DNA of 53,772 bases from Patescibacteria group bacterium (GCA_038078715.1 JBBTSU010000006.1:1-53772), one strand, 5' to 3'. Counted from the stretch's first letter, positions 9,175 to 17,752 are shown. Notes: generated from the sequence alone by a model not told the origin. Numbers and translations are program-made.

Positions 9175-9246
9175 TGCTCTCGGTAGGAATCGAACCTACA
9201 TTACCAGCTCCGCAAGCTAGCGTCCTATCCATTGAACGACGAGAGC
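9175..9246 (-). tRNA. tRNA-Arg(GCG)
   Basis: GCTCTCG acceptor; anticodon arm CTAGC-TTGCGGA-GCTGG; T-loop TTCGATT. Confidence 0.92.
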
Positions 9247-9287
9247 GTCGCCTGTGACTCTAACGTTCTTCCTCCGCATTCGCAAGC

Positions 9288-9758
9288 CTAGAGCCTCAAA
9301 TACTCAAAGAAACGATCAAGAAAGGAGTGTTCGTGGTTACCTTCCGGCACGTGCTGAGCGATGTAGTCGTAGATCTCGAGTGGGTCGTGGCCGATGACGG
9401 GGATGAGAATGTGAGGGGCAAGAATGTGTCGTGTCCTGATAGAGAGGGCAGGAGGGAGTTTGGGATCTACGTATTCAAGCGCGGAGAAATGCATCATGTC
9501 CTCGTAGTAGTAGAGGTTTTCATCAATCGCAAGCCCGTCTTCCATCACACGGAAGCGGTGGGTGTGTGGCGGCTTTGCGGCCTGAAGGGCCAGCGCACCC
9601 GCGCCTGCCGCAATCACAAGCGCAAGCAGAATGTTATTGAAAAGAATGGCAGCGATGACTGCGGCGGTTGCAAGAATACCAAGCGCCCAAAACCAATCCG
9701 CGCCTTTATCGCCGAAGTCGTGTTGTGAGCCTTCCCATTCAAAGATGGTCTGTGCCAT
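9288..9758 (-). CDS. Hypothetical membrane protein (2 TM helices and a PH-like C-terminal domain)
   Basis: MAQTIFEWEG...WFWALGILATAAVIAAILFNNILLALVIAAGAGALAL, then a soluble beta-rich tail. Alternative start at ATG 9770. Confidence 0.7.
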   Translation of the reverse strand: MAQTIFEWEGSQHDFGDKGADWFWALGILATAAVIAAILFNNILLALVIAAGAGALALQAAKPPHTHRFRVMEDGLAIDENLYYYEDMMHFSALEYVDPKLPPALSIRTRHILAPHILIPVIGHDPLEIYDYIAQHVPEGNHEHSFLDRFFEYLRL

Positions 9759-9809
9759 AGCTATCGCCATAATACCACCCGTATACAGGGTGTGAGGGAA
9801 CACTGAGGA

Positions 9810-11342
9810 CTACTCGTACTCAATCGTAGCTGGTGGTTTCTGTGTGACGTCGTAGAGGACACGATTGACGCCACGTACCTTGCCGACAATCGCACTGGAG
9901 ATCTTCTCAAGGAGTTCTGGTGGCATTTTGTGCCAGTCGGCGCTCATGCCGTCTACTGAATCTACGGCGCGGAGTGCAAGGACATACTCGTAAGTGCGCG
10001 CATCTCCCATCACTCCCACTACCTTAAGAGGGAAGAGCGCGGCAAAGGCCTGCCAGATCTTTTCGTACTCTCCAGACTTCTTGAGCTCTTCTATGTAGAC
10101 CGCATCTGCGTCACGAAGGATCGCGAGGCGATCAGGTGTGACTTCGCCGACAATGCGAATGGCAAGTCCTGGTCCTGGGAAAGGGTGGCGCCAGAGAAGT
10201 TCCTTCGGAAGATCCAAGGTTGCGCCCACGCGGCGCACCTCATCTTTGTAGAGGTCCTTAATAGGCTCAAGCACCTTAAGACCAAAACGCTCAGGGAGAG
10301 TAAGGTTATGGTGGCTCTTAATCTTTGATGCCTGCTTGCCAGTCGCTGCGGACTCAATGCGGTCTGGGTAGATGGTGCCCTGTGCAAGATATTTGATAGG
10401 GAAGTCTGCGAGCTCTTCTTCAATTGCTTTCTCAAATACCTCAATAAAGGTGTGACCAATGATCTTTCGTTTCTGCTCAGGGTCCGTAATACCAGAAAGT
10501 TTTGAGAGGAAGATGCGTGACGCATCAATCACATGGAGTCCTTTGAAGCCGTGCTTCTTAAGATAGGCAGAGACCTGCTCTACTTCTCCTTTACGAAGAA
10601 GACCCGTGTCTACAAATACGGCATGGAGTTGATTCCCAATTGCACGATGAATGAGAGTAGCCGCAACGAGCGAGTCTACGCCACCTGAAATACCGACGAG
10701 TACGTGTGCACTACCCACTTCTTCTTTGATGTCCGCGATAATCTTTTCTCCCACGGCTTTGATCTTCCAATCTTTCTTTGCGTTCACGATGTCAAAGAGG
10801 AAGTTCTTAAGTACTTCCGTACCATGTGTGGTATGCGTCACTTCTGGATGGAACTGGATGCCGTAGAACTTTCGCTTTGCATCCATGAAGCCTGCGTACT
10901 TGCAGGAAGGAGTGGTAGCAGTCACAGTGAATCCTTTTGGAAGCTTGGTTGCCTGGTCTCCGTGCGAGAACCACACGACTTCTTTTGCAGAGAGTCCTTT
11001 GAGGACGCCCTTCTTTGCCACAACCTTGATCGTTTCTTTTCCGAACTCACGCTCCTTTCCTGGAGTAACTTTTCCACCAAGCAGATGCGCCATCGCCTGG
11101 TGTCCGTAACAGATACCAAGCACGGGAACTCCAAAAGTGAATACTCCTTTTTCAGGAAGTGGTGCTCCGTCATCAAGTACGGACATAGGTCCACCAGAAA
11201 GAATGATTCCGGCAGGGGACAGGGCCTTAATCTCCTCTAATGAAGCGGTTCCTGGAAGAATTTCGGCGCGGACTCCAAGGTCACGGACGCGGCGGGCAAT
11301 GAGGTGAGCGAACTGGCCCCCAAAGTTCAGTACGACAATCAT
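9810..11342 (-). CDS. guaA: GMP synthase (glutamine-hydrolysing)
   Basis: GICYGHQ, QFHPEV, SGGVDS, AQGTIYPD, KSHHN, RHPFPGPGL, KPPATIEYE. Confidence 0.97.
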   Translation of the reverse strand: MIVVLNFGGQFAHLIARRVRDLGVRAEILPGTASLEEIKALSPAGIILSGGPMSVLDDGAPLPEKGVFTFGVPVLGICYGHQAMAHLLGGKVTPGKEREFGKETIKVVAKKGVLKGLSAKEVVWFSHGDQATKLPKGFTVTATTPSCKYAGFMDAKRKFYGIQFHPEVTHTTHGTEVLKNFLFDIVNAKKDWKIKAVGEKIIADIKEEVGSAHVLVGISGGVDSLVAATLIHRAIGNQLHAVFVDTGLLRKGEVEQVSAYLKKHGFKGLHVIDASRIFLSKLSGITDPEQKRKIIGHTFIEVFEKAIEEELADFPIKYLAQGTIYPDRIESAATGKQASKIKSHHNLTLPERFGLKVLEPIKDLYKDEVRRVGATLDLPKELLWRHPFPGPGLAIRIVGEVTPDRLAILRDADAVYIEELKKSGEYEKIWQAFAALFPLKVVGVMGDARTYEYVLALRAVDSVDGMSADWHKMPPELLEKISSAIVGKVRGVNRVLYDVTQKPPATIEYE

Positions 11343-11372
11343 GTCCTACATTACCATATGATCTTTAAAGTG

Positions 11373-11457
11373 CGGAGGAGGTGAGATTCGAACTCACGGT
11401 CCCTTGCGAGACTCTTGTTTTCAAGACAAGTGCGATAGACCACTCTGCCACTCCTCC
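11373..11457 (-). tRNA. tRNA-Ser(TGA)
   Basis: GGAGGAG acceptor, loop CTTGAAA, long variable arm, G73. Confidence 0.93.
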
Positions 11458-11463
11458 CTGATA

Positions 11464-11760
11464 CTACGACCCCTGTTGAGGAGCCGCCGTGTCCTTACTT
11501 GTACCAAAGGTAAAGAGAGAAGGGAAGGTGCGCACCTCTTTGTCCTTACGGAACCAAAGAAGGTACACAATCTCTAAGATACCCACCGTGTTTACAAGAA
11601 GAAGCACCACAAACCACACCTGCTCGCCGTTTTTAGCGGCGTGCCAAAGGGCAAGACCCTTCCATACAAGGGTCCACAAAACAACGACAATCATGAGCCC
11701 GGCAAACATCCCAAGACCTGCACCCATCATTCCCACATTTCCCATAAATGGACTATACAT
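11464..11760 (-). CDS. Small membrane protein (DUF5652-like)
   Basis: WTLVWKGLALWHAAKNGEQVWFVVLLLVNTVGILEIVYL pattern, typical of CPR small membrane proteins. Confidence 0.75.
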   Translation of the reverse strand: MYSPFMGNVGMMGAGLGMFAGLMIVVVLWTLVWKGLALWHAAKNGEQVWFVVLLLVNTVGILEIVYLLWFRKDKEVRTFPSLFTFGTSKDTAAPQQGS

Positions 11761-11782
11761 ATATACAGGATAGCATGTACCT

Positions 11783-12172
11783 ATGAAGTATCTAGGAATT
11801 GATTACGGTACGAAGAAAGTAGGACTCGCCCTCTCGGACGAGAATGGCACCATGGGGTTCCCGCATGGGGTCGTGTCTAACGACGCGAACTTAAAGTCGT
11901 ACCTTCTCACTCTTATAGAAAAAGAGGGAGTAGACGCCATTGTCGTCGGGGAATCCAAGAACTATCAGGGAGAGGAGAATCCGGTCGCAGTGCATGCCCG
12001 CGCCTTTGTAGAAAAGCTCGCGGAAGTCGCCAATATCCCAATCCATTTCTATTCTGAACTTCTGACCAGTGAGGAAGCGCGCCGTATGCCAGACGGAAGC
12101 CGAGTATCCGAGGGAAGTGTTGACGCTTCCGCTGCGGCTCTTATCCTTACTCATTATTTTGAACGACCATGA
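11783..12172 (+). CDS. ruvX: YqgF/RuvX RNase H-like nuclease (pre-16S rRNA processing)
   Basis: YLGIDYGTKKVGLALSD, IVVGES, ELLTSEEA, VDASAAALIL. Confidence 0.9.
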   Translation: MKYLGIDYGTKKVGLALSDENGTMGFPHGVVSNDANLKSYLLTLIEKEGVDAIVVGESKNYQGEENPVAVHARAFVEKLAEVANIPIHFYSELLTSEEARRMPDGSRVSEGSVDASAAALILTHYFERP

Positions 12173-12498
12173 TTACGATAGATGATCTTGCAAAGATAGA
12201 GATACGCGTGGGCACGGTGGTGTCCGCTGAGCGTGTGCCAGAGACCGACAAGCTCATTCGCCTCCTGGTGGAATTTGGAGAAGAAACGGGACCACGACAG
12301 ATTGTTTCCGGTATTGCCGCGTACATAGAGAGCCCTGAGTGGCTCGTCGGGAAGCAGCTTTCGTTTGTGACAAATCTTGAACCACGTACTATTAAGGGAC
12401 TAGAGAGCAATGGCATGCTCTTTGCCGTTGGTGAAGGAGATTCATTTGCATTTCTTACTCCCCACCGTGCCGTGCCGCCAGGAACCAGTGCGCACTAA
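12169..12498 (+). CDS. Stand-alone OB-fold tRNA-binding protein (Trbp111/CsaA/MetRS C-domain-like)
   Basis: ITIDDLAKIEIRVGTV, DKLIRL, RQIVSGI, NLEPRTIKGLESNGML. Confidence 0.9.
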   Translation: MITIDDLAKIEIRVGTVVSAERVPETDKLIRLLVEFGEETGPRQIVSGIAAYIESPEWLVGKQLSFVTNLEPRTIKGLESNGMLFAVGEGDSFAFLTPHRAVPPGTSAH

Positions 12499-12519
12499 AG
12501 CCTTGGTATACTCCAAGAG

Positions 12520-13605
12520 ATGAAAGGAACGTTCGCACGATTCGCGCGAGTGGAGTTTGCTCCTCCACCGTATTTATCGCTTCCAACTGCAGGCGTTGAT
12601 ATCTCCACGAGCGGTATCAAGGTCGCATTTTTGAAAGAACACGGGCACGGTCTTGAACTTGCTTCCTATGATGAGACGCCGCTTGCCCTTGGTGCAATTG
12701 ATGGCGGAGAGATTGCTGATCGCGCTGCAGTGGTAGAGGGGCTTAAGGTGCTTGCGAAGAAGCACAATATTCGCTTTGCGAACATCGCACTCCCTGAATC
12801 CCGAGGGTATCTCTTTGAAGGAGGAGTAGAGGGGACGACACTAAACGATTGGCGCACCTCCATAGAACAGCGCATTGATGAGTATGTACCACTCCCTCCT
12901 GCAGAAGTGGTGTTTGATTTGGTACCGATCAATGAAAAGAAAGAAGACAAAATGCAGATTGCGGGCATCGGCTACGCACGTCGTGTGGTGGAAGAATCAG
13001 TATCGGCACTTGAAGAAGCAGGTATCACTGTGCGTGCAGTAGAGAGTGAAAACTTCGCACTTCCACGTGCACTTCTTCCACACGGAGACACCGAAACGGT
13101 TCTCGTGATTGATCTTGGGAAGACGACGACCAAACTTCTTGTTGTCACTGAACGGGTACCACGCCTTGCGACGACTCTTGATGTGGGAGGACACGCACTC
13201 ACGCTTGCGGTCGTGAAGCACTTTGGCGTGTCAGAAGAAGAGGCGCGCCGCATTAAGGCAGAGAAAGGCATTGTTTCCGGAACGGAGAATGATGAGTACA
13301 TTGCCGCCATGCTTTCTACGGTCTCGGTGATTCGTGAGGAGATTGCACGACGTCTTGAGTATTGGCAGACGCATGCGGCAGAAGACGGACATCAGCCAGT
13401 CACGCGTGCGGTGCTTGTAGGGGGAAACGCTACGGTGAGGGGACTTTCTGAGTATCTGGAATCAGGACTCAAGATTCCCGTTGCGCTTGGGGATGTATTT
13501 GTAAACCTTGCGTCTCGTGATGACTGGTTGCCACCGGTTGATTACATGCAGTCTCTTGCGTACGGAACCGCCATCGGCCTGGCACTTCGTGAGTACGTTC
13601 CATAG
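12520..13605 (+). CDS. pilM: Type IV pilus alignment protein PilM (actin-like)
   Basis: GVDISTSGIK, YVPLPPAEVVFD, VIDLGKTTT, GGHALT, LVGGNA, AIGLALR. Confidence 0.85.
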   Translation: MKGTFARFARVEFAPPPYLSLPTAGVDISTSGIKVAFLKEHGHGLELASYDETPLALGAIDGGEIADRAAVVEGLKVLAKKHNIRFANIALPESRGYLFEGGVEGTTLNDWRTSIEQRIDEYVPLPPAEVVFDLVPINEKKEDKMQIAGIGYARRVVEESVSALEEAGITVRAVESENFALPRALLPHGDTETVLVIDLGKTTTKLLVVTERVPRLATTLDVGGHALTLAVVKHFGVSEEEARRIKAEKGIVSGTENDEYIAAMLSTVSVIREEIARRLEYWQTHAAEDGHQPVTRAVLVGGNATVRGLSEYLESGLKIPVALGDVFVNLASRDDWLPPVDYMQSLAYGTAIGLALREYVP

Positions 13606-13607
13606 AT

Positions 13608-14177
13608 ATGCGCTCCTATCTTATTAATCTCCTTTCGTCTGAGCGCACTCGTGCGTTTCAGCAAGGTTACTTCTATCGCCTCGGTACGGTGAGTGCACTT
13701 GCGTTCGCACTCATGCTTGTGTTGCACGCGATGATGCTTGCGCCTGCATACTTCACGCTTGCAGAAGCAAAGGCAAACGAGACTGCGCTCTTGGCGAGTG
13801 TGAAAGAGCGCCTTTCTTCTGCAGGTGATCAAGAAATTACCGAACGTCTTTCTACACTTGGAAAGCAGACCGAGCACCTCGTGCGACTGTCAGGAGTACC
13901 GTCGGCGACCGCGACCATGCGCGAAGTACTCCTGCTTCCACGAAGCGGCATTGCACTCACGGGTCTTTCCTTCACGCCGCCCACAGGAAAGACGGGAGGT
14001 CAGCTTCGGTTGACCGGGACTGCAACCTCCCGTGATGCACTCCGAAGTTACCAAAGCACGCTTGGCACTTTGCCGACCGTCACGAATGTTGATTTGCCAA
14101 TTAGCTCCTTCGCGAAGGAGAGTGATATTCCGTTTACGATTACGCTCACTGGAAGTTTTAGCCTTGTCTCACCATGA
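13608..14177 (+). CDS. pilN: PilN-like pilus assembly protein
   Basis: INLL motif (PilM-binding), TM helix, coiled coil, C-terminal LTGTATSRDALRSY. Follows pilM. Confidence 0.7.
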   Translation: MRSYLINLLSSERTRAFQQGYFYRLGTVSALAFALMLVLHAMMLAPAYFTLAEAKANETALLASVKERLSSAGDQEITERLSTLGKQTEHLVRLSGVPSATATMREVLLLPRSGIALTGLSFTPPTGKTGGQLRLTGTATSRDALRSYQSTLGTLPTVTNVDLPISSFAKESDIPFTITLTGSFSLVSP

Positions 14178-14749
14178 CCAAGACGAACCTCATTCACCTA
14201 GGACTCTCCATTCTGTTTCTTACTGCTGTGGCAGTGGCGTACGTCTTTTGGTATACGCGCGTGGTCTCGCTCCGCACTGAGGTAACAACATTGCGCACAG
14301 AAACGGAAACACTCTCGGCATCCGCACTACAGATTTCTGCCGCACGGTCTGCACTCGCAAAACTGACGGCCGATGAGACATTCTTTGGTTCCTATTTTGT
14401 CTCTACCTCTACGGTTGTTTCGTATCTTGAAGCAGTTGAGAATGCCGGAGATGAGTTCGGTGCGTTTGTAGAAGTGGTGTCGGTGACGCCAGAAGGGAAG
14501 ACGCGACTCGCAGTGTCGTGGCGTGCAGAAGGATCCTTTGCACAGGTGATGCGTACGGCTGGTGTAATTGAACACGGACCGTATGATGCAATTATGAAGA
14601 GTCTGACCATTGATACCAACGCATCAGCAAAGGGGGTGTGGACCGCGACTGGGGTCGTGTCAGTTGGGATGCGACCAGATGAGGGGGCAAAGGAGCAACC
14701 ATCTACTCCTGCCGCTCCGTCAGATAGTGTGGACGATCTTCTTATATGA
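14174..14749 (+). CDS. PilO-like pilus assembly protein
   Basis: N-terminal TM, coiled coil, ferredoxin-like AEGSFAQVMR...IEHGPY. ATGA-coupled to pilN. Confidence 0.6.
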   Translation: MTKTNLIHLGLSILFLTAVAVAYVFWYTRVVSLRTEVTTLRTETETLSASALQISAARSALAKLTADETFFGSYFVSTSTVVSYLEAVENAGDEFGAFVEVVSVTPEGKTRLAVSWRAEGSFAQVMRTAGVIEHGPYDAIMKSLTIDTNASAKGVWTATGVVSVGMRPDEGAKEQPSTPAAPSDSVDDLLI

Positions 14750-15039
14750 ACCTCAAACTTCCATTTAAAATACCAAGTTTGAAATACGGTGATCGTATCC
14801 ACGCCGTGCGTGATTGGCTCGTACTCCTCTCTGCGCTCCTCATCTTCCTTATTGCCAGTACCATATGGAATACATGGTTCTTCGTGAATGTGACCGACGA
14901 GAGTGTCTTTGTCACTCCCGGTCAGAGCGCTGCTGCACCCATTCTGAGTGTGCTCCCTGCCGCACGTGAAGTGCTTGAGAATCGGGCAGGGGAAGCGGAT
15001 CGTTACAGAAGCTTCTATCAGTTCGTTGACCCGTCGTAG
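14746..15039 (+). CDS. Small single-TM protein, last gene of the pilMNO operon
   Basis: ATGA-coupled; TM segment DWLVLLSALLIFLIASTIW. Confidence 0.65.
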   Translation: MNLKLPFKIPSLKYGDRIHAVRDWLVLLSALLIFLIASTIWNTWFFVNVTDESVFVTPGQSAAAPILSVLPAAREVLENRAGEADRYRSFYQFVDPS

Positions 15040-15060
15040 GAGGGCGAGTACTGTGAGTGA

Positions 15061-15132
15061 GCCCCCATAGCTTAATGGATAAAGCTACGGACTTCTAAGC
15101 CGTCGATCTAGGTTCGATTCCTGGTGGGGGCA
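15061..15132 (+). tRNA. tRNA-Arg(TCT)
   Basis: GCCCCCA acceptor, loop CTTCTAA, T-loop TTCGATT. Confidence 0.92.
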
Positions 15133-15173
15133 CCCTTACGAGCAAGAGCTCTGATTCCAGAGATACAAGGTAG

Positions 15174-15246
15174 TGGGCGCTAGAGGACTCGAACCTCTGA
15201 CCATCCCGGTGTAAACGGGGTGCTCTACCAACTGAGCTAAGCGCCC
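15174..15246 (-). tRNA. tRNA-Val(TAC)
   Basis: GGGCGCT acceptor, loop TTTACAC, T-loop TTCGAGT. Confidence 0.93.
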
Positions 15247-15302
15247 GGTCCTGAGACGATAGCGCACCTCTCGCAGATTTCAAAGCGTGGTAGGTTCTAT
15301 AT

Positions 15303-15602
15303 ATGGAGCGCATGGAGGTGGTGGTCTCGGGCAGAGTACAGGGAGTGATGTACAGAGATTTCGTAGAGCGGAACGCTTCTGTACTCTCTTTATGTGGGTT
15401 TGTGAAGAATCTTCCCGACGGAACGGTGTCGGTATGTGCAGAAGGAGAGCGAGAGAAGCTTGAGACCTTGCTTGAACGCCTCAAGAAAGGTCCGATGTTC
15501 GCAGACGTAAGGGAGGTGCAAGTGGCATGGAGTGATGTTCGTGGTGAGCACACCAATTTCTCCATCTCTTACTACACACCGTCGTCCAAAAAGAGTTCGT
15601 GA
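15303..15602 (+). CDS. acyP: Acylphosphatase
   Basis: VSGRVQGVMYR, GFVKNLPDGTV, LKKGP. Confidence 0.92.
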   Translation: MERMEVVVSGRVQGVMYRDFVERNASVLSLCGFVKNLPDGTVSVCAEGEREKLETLLERLKKGPMFADVREVQVAWSDVRGEHTNFSISYYTPSSKKSS

Positions 15603-16348
15603 TATGCCACGATGATGATGGGGCTACCGAATATCCAGAACAGCAGCTCTTCAAGAGGAATTACGTGACCCGCAATGGTAATGACCGCAAGATAATTTCC
15701 GGTAAAGGCCCAGTACCCAACATGAAGTGCCGTCAGCTCCATCACAAGGAAGAAGAGCGCGAGGAACGGGACGGACTGTATAAGTTTTCGGAACAGATGA
15801 GGACTACGAAGATGCAGTATGAGCGCGGGCAACAGTGCGAGGACTCCTAATATGGCGTAGGAATAGAAGAGAGTGATCTGTGTATTAAATCCATAGTGTG
15901 CAATTGCGATGATGCCGAGACCAAGTATCCCAAGTGCAAGCGCAGAACGTATGTGGCGCACCGTGAAGTCGCATACGCCCCGATCTATGAAGTATTCGTA
16001 GTATACGATGATGGTAAATACCCAGAGGAAGTACCAGAGCATCACGTCTCCAGACACGACACCAAAGAACAAAGAAGGGAGCACGAACGCATCAGCGAGA
16101 GGAAATATCCATGCGTTACTTACCTCGCTTATATATTCAAATCCTAAGGAATACAGCGTCCCAAACACGAGTGCGGGGACAAGTGCGACCTTAAAAATAC
16201 AAGGACGCCGGAAAACCAGGTACGCGCTCGGGAGTCCGAAGTACAACAGGCTACCGACGAGCGGCGAAATGGGAGTAGTGATGAGAAGTACGGTGGTGAG
16301 TGCGACCAGTACTGCGAGCACGGCGTGATCAAGTGTACGGACATCCAT
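15572..16348 (-). CDS. Multi-pass membrane protein with two lycopene-cyclase-like (CrtYc/Yd-type) halves
   Basis: About 8 TM helices. C-half GYWAF...IPLEELLFW resembles the PxEExxF motif; N-half AWIFP...SGDVMLWYF is a degenerate copy. Confidence 0.55.
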   Translation of the reverse strand: MDVRTLDHAVLAVLVALTTVLLITTPISPLVGSLLYFGLPSAYLVFRRPCIFKVALVPALVFGTLYSLGFEYISEVSNAWIFPLADAFVLPSLFFGVVSGDVMLWYFLWVFTIIVYYEYFIDRGVCDFTVRHIRSALALGILGLGIIAIAHYGFNTQITLFYSYAILGVLALLPALILHLRSPHLFRKLIQSVPFLALFFLVMELTALHVGYWAFTGNYLAVITIAGHVIPLEELLFWIFGSPIIIVAYHELFLDDGV

Positions 16349-16408
16349 ATGACAAAAGTATACCGCCTACGACTAGCAGAGAATTGAATCTAAGGGTAGG
16401 TTAGGGAT

Positions 16409-17149
16409 ATGAACCTCCCCATCATCTACGAAGACGATCAACTTGTTGCGGTCAACAAACCCGCAGGAGTTATGACGCACCCCGACGGCAAGAGCGCTGA
16501 AGAAACAGTGAGCGACTGGTTTGCGGCCGCATACCCTGAGAGCAAGAACGTAGGAGAAGTGCAGAAACTTTCTGATGGCACGGAGCTTATGCGTCCTGGC
16601 GTCGTGCATCGTCTTGATCGGGATACCTCAGGCCTCATCGTGCTTGCGAAGACACAGGAGGCACATGCGTTTTTAAAGAGTGCGTTTCAAAACAGAGAGG
16701 CGAAGAAAACGTATGTTGCTTTTGTCTATGGGGTGCCGAAGGAGCGTCGTGGCGTGATTGAGTTTGCGATTGGTCGCTCTCGGAAAGATTTCCGACTCCG
16801 TTCTGCACAGCCAAAAGCAAAGGGCCTGCTTCGGGAAGCGATTACACGCTATGAGGTGATTGCCGACAACGGCACGCACTCTATTATGAAAGCGATGCCG
16901 GAGACGGGCCGTACCCATCAAATTCGTGTGCACTTGAAGGCCATCCATCACCCGGTGGTGGGGGATACGCTCTACGCGCCTGGTCGTCCGGAGGATCTTG
17001 GGTTTAGCCGTCTTGGCCTCCATGCGTATCGCTTGGAACTCCCGAACCCTACCGGAGAGCCGCGTATTCTCACCGCGCCTCTTCCTGAGGAGCTTCTCCG
17101 GGGAGTAGAGAGATTCCCTGAGGGAGCGACTCGGATTGCCTCTATATAG
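16409..17149 (+). CDS. RluA/RluD-family pseudouridine synthase (no S4 domain)
   Basis: VNKPAG, VHRLDRDTSG, ETGRTHQIRVH, HPVVGD, LHAYRL. Confidence 0.93.
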   Translation: MNLPIIYEDDQLVAVNKPAGVMTHPDGKSAEETVSDWFAAAYPESKNVGEVQKLSDGTELMRPGVVHRLDRDTSGLIVLAKTQEAHAFLKSAFQNREAKKTYVAFVYGVPKERRGVIEFAIGRSRKDFRLRSAQPKAKGLLREAITRYEVIADNGTHSIMKAMPETGRTHQIRVHLKAIHHPVVGDTLYAPGRPEDLGFSRLGLHAYRLELPNPTGEPRILTAPLPEELLRGVERFPEGATRIASI

Positions 17150-17173
17150 GCGGTGTGATAGAGTACGCCGACT

Positions 17174-17692
17174 ATGAATCAGGTCATCACTCCGGTTAAG
17201 ACCGAGGAACGCACCAAGCTTGGCATCCGCCCAGGCGATACGGTCCGTGTCCACCAGAAGATTGTAGAAAAGGGAAAGACTCGTCTCCAGGTTTTTGAAG
17301 GTCTCGTCCTTGCCGTAAAGCACGGTACTGAGGCAGGAGCTTCTTTCACCGTTCGCGCCACTCTTTCAGGCGTCGGTGTTGAGCGCGTGTTTCCACTCTA
17401 CGCTCCATTTATTGAAAAGATTGAAATCGTAAAACGCTCAAAGGTCCGCCGCGCAAAGCTCTATTTCATCCGCGATAAGGTTGCTCGTGAAGTACGCCGT
17501 CAGCTTCGCAACATGCGCATGATGAATGTCTCCACGACTGATTTTAAGGAGCCAGAACTGGAAGAGGCACTGGCTCTTCCAGAAGAGAATCAGGAGGAGC
17601 AGGTGGAAGCAACTCCAGAGGTCGCAGAGGCAGGAGAAGAGACTCCAACCGAAGCAGCACCAGAAGCGGCAGAAACGAAAGCAGCCGCATAA
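17174..17692 (+). CDS. rplS: 50S ribosomal protein L19 with long acidic tail
   Basis: RPGDTVRVH, RLQVFEG, GVGVERVFP, KVRRAKLYFIR. Confidence 0.96.
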   Translation: MNQVITPVKTEERTKLGIRPGDTVRVHQKIVEKGKTRLQVFEGLVLAVKHGTEAGASFTVRATLSGVGVERVFPLYAPFIEKIEIVKRSKVRRAKLYFIRDKVAREVRRQLRNMRMMNVSTTDFKEPELEEALALPEENQEEQVEATPEVAEAGEETPTEAAPEAAETKAAA

Positions 17693-17693
17693 C

Positions 17694-17721
17694 GAAAAGA
17701 CCAGGACACTCTGGTCTTTTT
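17694..17721 (+). terminator. Intrinsic terminator after rplS
   Basis: GAAAAGACCAG-GACACT-CTGGTCTTTTT. Confidence 0.75.
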
Positions 17722-17752
17722 CATATGTTGTCGGTATAGTACCCGAGCACTT

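Noticed and set aside
15095-15302. 156-aa minus-strand ORF and other ORFs crossing tRNA genes
   Set aside because: They overlap clear tRNA cloverleafs and acyP antisense; spurious.
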